Part shown: piece by piece, positions 6,353 through 12,088 of the stretch
Layout: the number at the start of each line of letters is the position of its first letter
How positions within the stretch are numbered: the first letter of the stretch is position 1
From: a bacterium
GTDB lineage: Bacteria; RBG-13-61-14; DATKZS01
NCBI GenBank assembly: GCA_046484135.1
Contig: JAWOBU010000229.1
Location: 1-12,088 of the forward strand
Direction of reading: 5' to 3'
DNA: 12,088 bases
The notes under the pieces: model-generated
What the model was told of the DNA's origin: nothing
Database searches by the model: none
The model's input: the letters and a program-made list of their open reading frames with translations, nothing else
Program-made: the position numbers and the translations under genes

Positions 6353-7891
6353 TTATTCCTTTTCGCCAAGATAGTCCACTGTAATGGCGTGGCCCTTCTC
6401 AATGCGCTCGATGTAGTGGTCTACCGTGGCCTCCGACTTGGACAGGAACGTCTTCGGATAGACGCCTATCCAGACGATGAAAACCAGAAGGATTACAAGA
6501 TACAGGGCCTCCCGGCCGTTTACGTCCTCGAGCTCCTGGTTCTCCTTTTTATCGAGCGGCCCGAACATGACCCGCTGGTACATCCACAGCATGTAACAGG
6601 CCGCGAATATGACGCCGGTGGCCGCCAGCACCGCGAACAGCTTGGCATAAGGGTGCTCCGCGGTATAAGTGCCGACCAGGATCAGGAACTCTCCCACGAA
6701 CCCGTTCAGTCCCGGCAGGCCGATGGACGACAGGGTCACGATCATGAATATAGCGGCGTACACGGGCATGACCTTGGAAAGCCCGCCGAAGTCGGAGATG
6801 AGCCGGGTGTGTCGCCTCTCGTAGATGATGCCCACGATAAGGAACAGGGCCCCGGTGGACAGCCCGTGGTTGACCATCTGGATCAGGGCCCCCTGCACGC
6901 CTTCCGGGTTCAGTGCGAACAGGCCCAGCATGACGAACCCGAGGTGGCTCACGCTCGAGTAGGCCACCAATTTCTTGACGTCCTCCTGAATCATGGCCAC
7001 CAGCGCGCCGTAGATGATGCCGATCACTGCCAGCACGAATATTATAGGCACCGCCTGGTACGCCGCGTAAGGGAAGAAAGGCATGGCGAACCTGATGAAA
7101 CCGTAAGTGCCCATCTTCAGGAGCACGCCGGCCAGGATCACCGACCCGGCGGTGGGGGCCTCGACGTGGGCGTCCGGAAGCCAGGTATGGAACGGGAACA
7201 TGGGGACCTTGATGGCAAAGGCCAGGGCAAAGGCCCCGAACAACAGGTACTGGAACGAAGGCTTCAGCGGATGCTGGACAAGGTAAGTGGTTAACACCGG
7301 CACGTCAACGCTCTGGGCGCCCGAGTGAAGACCCAGGTAGATGATGGCCAGCAGCATGAGGACCGACCCGAACATGGTGAACAAGAAGAACTTGATGGCC
7401 GCGTAAACCCGCCGCGGTCCGCCCCATGCCCCGATCAGGAAGTACATGGGGATCAGCATCAGCTCCCAGAAGACATAGAACAAAAACAGGTCCGCGGCAA
7501 CAAAAGCGCCCAGCATACCGGTCTGGAGCATCAGCATGAAAATGTGATACGACTTGACCCGGTCCTTTATCTGCGACCAGGAAGAAAGAATGACCACCGG
7601 TCCCAGTAAAAGAGTAAGCTCCACTAAAAGCAGGCTGATCCCGTCTATGCCCACCGAGTAATTCACCTGGATGCCGCCAACGAACGTGAACCAGGACGCA
7701 GTGGTCCCGAGCTGGAACCCGCTGAGCGACGGATCAAACATGTACCAGAGGACCACGCCCAGAACAAGGTCCAGCAGCATAACCAGAAGAGCCGCGCTGC
7801 GGATCAGGACCGGCCGCTCCGAGGGTATGATCCACAAAAGCACGGAACCGGCTAACGGCAAGAAAAGGATGTATGTAAGAATCGAGTCCAC
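6353..7891 (-). CDS. nuoM: NADH-quinone oxidoreductase subunit M, 512 aa
   Basis: GIDGISL, FYVFWELMLIPMY, AIKVPMFPFHTWLPDAHVEAPTAGS, LLKMGTYG, SHLG, NHG, GFVGEF. GTG start with an AAAGGA SD. Confidence 0.97.
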   Translation of the reverse strand: MDSILTYILFLPLAGSVLLWIIPSERPVLIRSAALLVMLLDLVLGVVLWYMFDPSLSGFQLGTTASWFTFVGGIQVNYSVGIDGISLLLVELTLLLGPVVILSSWSQIKDRVKSYHIFMLMLQTGMLGAFVAADLFLFYVFWELMLIPMYFLIGAWGGPRRVYAAIKFFLFTMFGSVLMLLAIIYLGLHSGAQSVDVPVLTTYLVQHPLKPSFQYLLFGAFALAFAIKVPMFPFHTWLPDAHVEAPTAGSVILAGVLLKMGTYGFIRFAMPFFPYAAYQAVPIIFVLAVIGIIYGALVAMIQEDVKKLVAYSSVSHLGFVMLGLFALNPEGVQGALIQMVNHGLSTGALFLIVGIIYERRHTRLISDFGGLSKVMPVYAAIFMIVTLSSIGLPGLNGFVGEFLILVGTYTAEHPYAKLFAVLAATGVIFAACYMLWMYQRVMFGPLDKKENQELEDVNGREALYLVILLVFIVWIGVYPKTFLSKSEATVDHYIERIEKGHAITVDYLGEKE

Positions 7892-7906
7892 GTTAACGTC
7901 CTTTAA

Positions 7907-9931
7907 CTACTTGATCTCGAAATAATCCACAAACCCGAAGTAAAAAGCCAGAAGAGCCAGAAGACCGAGCACGATGTAAAAAGCGTAGGTCTGAACCTGG
8001 CCCGTCTGCAGACGCCGGCCGGCAGAGCCCAGACCCTTGGTCAACCGGCCCAGCCCGTTCGCTATGCCGTCCACCATGACCACGTCCACCAGCCGGAACA
8101 GAACGTAATAAGAAAAGAGCTTCACCGGCTCGATCACCGTGGCCGTGTATATCTCGTCCACCCAGTACTTCCGGTAACTCGCCTGATAAAGAGGCCGGAT
8201 TTCATCAACCAGCCGAGGCACCATGCTCATGTAACGGCGGTAAAGAACGGCCACCACTATGATGGCGCCCACCGCCAGGACCACCGAGCCCGCGGCCATG
8301 GCCCGCTCCAGGTTGAGGGCGTGCGCGCCGGCGTGGCCTTCCGCGCCGCGAGACGACCACATGGGGGAAAGCCACTCGTGGAACATGGAGTGCCCGCCCA
8401 GCATGTGCGGCCAGTTCAGAACACCGGCGACCACCGCCAGTATCGCCAGGATTATACAGACGCCGGTCATGCTTAAGGGCGCTTCATGGGCATGGTGTTC
8501 GACCTCCGGGTCCATCCGGCTGGGAGTCAAAAAAGTCAGCATCATAAGCCGGGTCATGTAGATCGCAGTACATACCGCGGCCAGGATGCCGATTACGTAC
8601 ACCGCCTGCGCGAACCACTCCGGGTGGCCGTAGGCGTTGGCAAAGGACTTCCACAAAATCTCGTCCTTGGACACGAACCCGGCGAACGGGAACACTCCCG
8701 AGATGCTGAGCCACGCCGCTGCCATGCACACAAAGGTGATGGGCATGAGCTTCCGGAGTCCCCCCATCTTCCACATGTTCTGCTCGTTGGCCAGGCCGTG
8801 GATGACGGAACCCGCTCCCAGAAAGAGGAGCGCCTTGAAAAAGGCGTGGGTGGTAAGATGGAAGATGCCGGCGGCGAAGGCCCCCACACCCATGGCCGCG
8901 AACATGTACCCGAGCTGGCTCACGGTCGAGTAGGCCAGGACCTTCTTGATGTCCGTCTGGGTAAACCCGATGGTGGCGGAAAAAAGCGCGGTCACGATCC
9001 CGATCCCTGCCACCAGCATCATGGCCTCGGGGGAAAGAACGTAGATGAAGTTGAGCCTCCCGATCATGTACACGCCCGCCGTGACCATGGTAGCGGCGTG
9101 GATCAGGGCGGAGACCGGGGTCGGACCGGCCATGGCGTCGGGAAGCCACACGTAAAGCGGTATCTGCGCGGACTTGCCGGTGGCCCCGATGAAAAGAGCG
9201 ATGGCGATAAAGGTGGCAATGGATACGCCCACGATGGTCCCGGTCTTTAGAAGCTCGGTGTTTTCCATGACAAAGGACTGCATATCGTAGAAGTCCAGGG
9301 TCCCCATGAAAAAGAAGATGGTGAAGATGCCCACCAGGAAGCCGAAGTCGCCGATCCGGTTCACTATAAAGGCCTTCTTGCCTGCGGACGACTTCTCGTT
9401 GTCCTGGTACCAGAAGCCGATGAGAAGATACGAGCACAACCCCACGCCTTCCCAGCCCACGAACATGAGCAGGATATTGGACGCGGAAACCAGGACCAGC
9501 ATGGCAAAGGTAAAAAGGTTCAAGTAGGCGAAGTAGCGGGCGTAAGCAGGGTCGTGGCCCATGTAGCCGGTCGAGTAGACATGGATCAGGCCGCCCACGC
9601 CGGTAACCACCAGGCACATGACCGCGGAAAGGCGATCGAAGACGATGCCGAAAGGAGCGGAAAGACCGCCCGCGGATATCCAGGTGAACACGTCCTGGGC
9701 AAGGTAATGCCCCTCCGGCAGGCCCCGCAGCACGAAAAAGGCGTAAAGGGATATCACGAAGCTTCCCGCCACCGTCAGGCAGGCCACCACGTTCACCAGG
9801 GGCCGCACCAGATACTCACGGAAGAAAATCCAGCCCAGGCCGCAGAACAGGAAGCCCAGAAGGGGCAACAGTGGTATCCACACCAGGTACCCGGCGGCGT
9901 GAGAGGTCATTTCCATGGCTTCGTGTTCCAT
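7907..9931 (-). CDS. nuoL: NADH-quinone oxidoreductase subunit L, 674 aa
   Basis: GWEGVGLCSYLLIGFW, NRIGDFG, GKSAQIPLYVWLPDAMAGPTPVSALIHAATMVTAG, HAFFKALLFL, SKDEI, and the lateral-helix/TM16 C-terminus (VDEIY...QTGQVQTYA). Confidence 0.97.
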   Translation of the reverse strand: MEHEAMEMTSHAAGYLVWIPLLPLLGFLFCGLGWIFFREYLVRPLVNVVACLTVAGSFVISLYAFFVLRGLPEGHYLAQDVFTWISAGGLSAPFGIVFDRLSAVMCLVVTGVGGLIHVYSTGYMGHDPAYARYFAYLNLFTFAMLVLVSASNILLMFVGWEGVGLCSYLLIGFWYQDNEKSSAGKKAFIVNRIGDFGFLVGIFTIFFFMGTLDFYDMQSFVMENTELLKTGTIVGVSIATFIAIALFIGATGKSAQIPLYVWLPDAMAGPTPVSALIHAATMVTAGVYMIGRLNFIYVLSPEAMMLVAGIGIVTALFSATIGFTQTDIKKVLAYSTVSQLGYMFAAMGVGAFAAGIFHLTTHAFFKALLFLGAGSVIHGLANEQNMWKMGGLRKLMPITFVCMAAAWLSISGVFPFAGFVSKDEILWKSFANAYGHPEWFAQAVYVIGILAAVCTAIYMTRLMMLTFLTPSRMDPEVEHHAHEAPLSMTGVCIILAILAVVAGVLNWPHMLGGHSMFHEWLSPMWSSRGAEGHAGAHALNLERAMAAGSVVLAVGAIIVVAVLYRRYMSMVPRLVDEIRPLYQASYRKYWVDEIYTATVIEPVKLFSYYVLFRLVDVVMVDGIANGLGRLTKGLGSAGRRLQTGQVQTYAFYIVLGLLALLAFYFGFVDYFEIK

Positions 9932-9935
9932 AACC

Positions 9936-10253
9936 CTACCACTTCAGTATGTTCATCTCGTCCACGTTCACAGTGGAACGGTTCCGGTAGATGGAAAGAA
10001 TAATGGCCAGGCCCACCGCGACCTCGCAGGCGGCCACCACCATGACCATGAAGGCGAATATATGGCCGGTCATGGTCCACTTGTAATAGGCGAAGCTGGC
10101 AAAGGCCAGGTTGGCCGAGTTCAACATGAGCTCCACGCTCATGAAGATCACCAGCGCGTTCCGCCGGGTCAGGACCCCCGCCATTCCGATGCAGAACAAA
10201 ATGGCCGAAAGCGCCAGAAAGTGTCCCAGACCTGTCTCCAAACCGGCCATCAC
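9936..10253 (-). CDS. nuoK: NADH-quinone oxidoreductase subunit K, ~105 aa
   Basis: [20 protein letters not shown] and [11 protein letters not shown], with both conserved Glu. The start (GTG 10253 or ATG 10250) overlaps the nuoJ stop in GTGATG. Confidence 0.97.
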   Translation of the reverse strand: MMAGLETGLGHFLALSAILFCIGMAGVLTRRNALVIFMSVELMLNSANLAFASFAYYKWTMTGHIFAFMVMVVAACEVAVGLAIILSIYRNRSTVNVDEMNILKW

Positions 10254-11251
10254 TGCTCCTTCCCTCCCGGTATCCGCCTGGAAAGCACCAAGGCCCCGAT
10301 GATAGCTCCCAGAAGAAGGATCGAAGCCAATTCAAAGGGCAACAGGTGCCGGGAAAACAGTATTATACCCACCGAGCGGGTCGAACCGAACTCGGAGTAA
10401 TAACGGAGCCTGCCCTCCACCGCGGACTCGACATAAGCGTACATGGAAGAAAGGGAAATCTGGCTGAACTCCACCGGGACCTCGAGATTCTTCAGCCGGC
10501 CCTTCTTTTCAAGCTGCTCTTTCACCGTGTCTCTCCACTCTTCCAGCTTCTTGCCCCGCAAGAGGTCCACTTCCTCCGGCAAGTCTACAAACAGCCGCTC
10601 TTCCTTGTTATCCATGGCCTGAAGGCCGACAAGGGCGAGCTCGCCCCGTTTGTCGGGACCGAGCTCTTTTGACGCAGCCAAAGCGGAAGGCGAAAACTCC
10701 TTGTCCCTGCGCCGCTCTATATCTGCTTCCAGTTCGGCAATATCTTCCTTGAACTCCGCCTTGGCGGCAGCGGTGTCCTCTATATCGAGCCTGGATTGGA
10801 GGTCCTCTTTCTCCTTTTCAAGCCGGTCCACGATGGTGTCGTTGATCCGGACGAGAAAGCCTCCCATTTGAACAGGAGAAACCACCTGCTCCCGCTTGTC
10901 ATGGTAGTTCTTGAACACGATCACCAGAAGAAGCGCCACACCCAGGACCGCAAACCCGCCGATCACCTTGCCAACCGTGGGCCGGGCCTTTAAAAGACGT
11001 TCGTCCACGTTGACCAGCATCACGATCATCAGGAAAAGCACCAGGATGGCGCCCGCGTAAAGCAACACCTGGATCGCCGCCAGAAAATGAGCGTCCAGGA
11101 GCACGTAAGCCACCGCCACCGCAAAAAGGCACAGCACCAGGTAAAGCGCGTTGATCACCGGGTTCTTATGCCACACCACCAGGATGGCCGAAGCTATAGC
11201 TACCGCGGCGGTAATGTAAAAAGCAATCGAGTATATGATTTCAGCGGCCAT
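10250..11251 (-). CDS. nuoJ: NADH-quinone oxidoreductase subunit J with a large internal hydrophilic insertion, 333 aa
   Basis: N-part: [37 protein letters not shown]-part: [36 protein letters not shown]. Lies between nuoI and nuoK. Confidence 0.95.
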   Translation of the reverse strand: MAAEIIYSIAFYITAAVAIASAILVVWHKNPVINALYLVLCLFAVAVAYVLLDAHFLAAIQVLLYAGAILVLFLMIVMLVNVDERLLKARPTVGKVIGGFAVLGVALLLVIVFKNYHDKREQVVSPVQMGGFLVRINDTIVDRLEKEKEDLQSRLDIEDTAAAKAEFKEDIAELEADIERRRDKEFSPSALAASKELGPDKRGELALVGLQAMDNKEERLFVDLPEEVDLLRGKKLEEWRDTVKEQLEKKGRLKNLEVPVEFSQISLSSMYAYVESAVEGRLRYYSEFGSTRSVGIILFSRHLLPFELASILLLGAIIGALVLSRRIPGGKEQ

Positions 11252-11257
11252 GATTAA

Positions 11258-11749
11258 TTACCAGTTGAGCAGCTCCTCTTTGGTTATAACAAACTTGTCG
11301 GTCGAGTACTGGCAGAAGCGCATGTCCATGGTGTCCATCAGGATGGCGTTTAAAGGGCAGGCCTCCACGCACATGCCGCAGTACACGCACCTAAACAGGT
11401 CTATCTCGAAAACCGCCGGGTACTTCTCGACGGACGGGTCGTCCGACTCCGCTGCCACTATGTGGATGCAGTCCGAAGGACAGGCGGTGGCGCAACACAT
11501 GCAAGCAACGCACTTCACCCGGCCGTCTTCCCTCTTGTTCAAACGGTGGCGGCCCCGCCAGCGGTCCGAGATGGGCCGCTCTTCCTCCGGCCACTTGTAG
11601 GTTACAACCTCCTGGCGGACCAGCCGGCGTACCCCCGGGATAAAGCCCAGCACGTTCACCCAGAAATGGCGCACGGTAATGGCCATTCCCCGGGCCACTT
11701 CCCGGTAGTAAGTCCTCTCCAGCGGGGTATACTTGCGCGGCGCGCCCAT
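11258..11749 (-). CDS. nuoI: NADH-quinone oxidoreductase subunit I (2x[4Fe-4S]), ~163 aa
   Basis: VTYKWPEE, RWRGRHRL, CVACMCCATACP and CVYCGMCVEACP ferredoxin motifs. ATG 11749 overlaps the nuoH stop (TAATG) and is preferred over GTG 11758. Confidence 0.95.
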   Translation of the reverse strand: MGAPRKYTPLERTYYREVARGMAITVRHFWVNVLGFIPGVRRLVRQEVVTYKWPEEERPISDRWRGRHRLNKREDGRVKCVACMCCATACPSDCIHIVAAESDDPSVEKYPAVFEIDLFRCVYCGMCVEACPLNAILMDTMDMRFCQYSTDKFVITKEELLNW

Positions 11750-12088
11750 TACATCCACCCCCGGGTAAAGACAAGCACCACCGCGGTTATCAAAATGTTA
11801 AGAAAAGCCAGCGGAAGAACCATCTTCCAGCCCATCTTCATGACCTGGTCGTAACGGAAGCGCGGGAAAGTCCAGCGCGCCGTCAACAGGAAGTATACGC
11901 CCGCCACCGTGAAAAGCGCAAACTTGGCGGCCTGTAAAAGCATGATGAAGACCTGCGTGCCCTGCACCGTAAGAAGACCGGCGAGCCAGGTTCCTTCCCA
12001 GCCGCCCTGGCAGTGCAGGAGGTGGTAACCGGACCCGTCAATCCACGGTATCTGCCACACTCCGAAGAACAGCGTGGTAAGTATGGCG
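11749..12088 (-). CDS. nuoH: NADH-quinone oxidoreductase subunit H, C-terminal part (truncated by the window edge)
   Basis: The frame is open to the window edge (AILTTLFFGVWQIPW...) and contains RWTFPRFRYDQVMKMGWKMVLPLA, the NuoH C-terminal signature. Confidence 0.95.
   Translation of the reverse strand, partial: AILTTLFFGVWQIPWIDGSGYHLLHCQGGWEGTWLAGLLTVQGTQVFIMLLQAAKFALFTVAGVYFLLTARWTFPRFRYDQVMKMGWKMVLPLAFLNILITAVVLVFTRGWM

Noticed and set aside
5927..7294. 455-aa plus-strand ORF and other ORFs overlapping the nuo genes (e.g. 8484..9617, 8486..9250, 4424..4990)
   Set aside because: His/Gln/Asp/Arg-rich translations are characteristic of antisense or alternative frames of hydrophobic membrane-protein genes.
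7890..7899. 10-bp palindrome ACGTTAACGT at the nuoM start
   Set aside because: Palindromes this short are expected by chance in 12 kb, and there is no other support.
10391..10912. Intein or mobile element as the source of the NuoJ insertion
   Set aside because: No Cys/Ser start with His-Asn end, no endonuclease or transposase motif, and no terminal repeats seen.

Overview
GC-rich bacterial chromosomal window; protein motifs suggest a deltaproteobacterial-type organism (Myxococcota/Desulfobacterota-like; inference only). It holds two convergent operons. On the + strand, after an AT-rich 165-bp intergenic region, is a nucleotide-sugar operon: rfbB, rfbD, an unusual small ClpX-type C4 zinc finger/TPR-like protein, and ugd. 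On the - strand is the 3' part of a respiratory complex I operon, nuoH(partial)-I-J-K-L-M-N, followed 7 bp later by a tandem-FHA-domain gene. The most unusual items are (1) a 333-aa NuoJ with a ~170-aa charged, coiled-coil-like segment between TM4 and TM5, (2) the tandem-FHA gene, with one canonical and one degenerate FHA, appended to the nuo operon, and (3) the ClpX-zinc-finger plus FimV/SgmX-like TPR fusion inside the sugar operon. No RNA genes, mobile elements or CRISPR arrays were seen.
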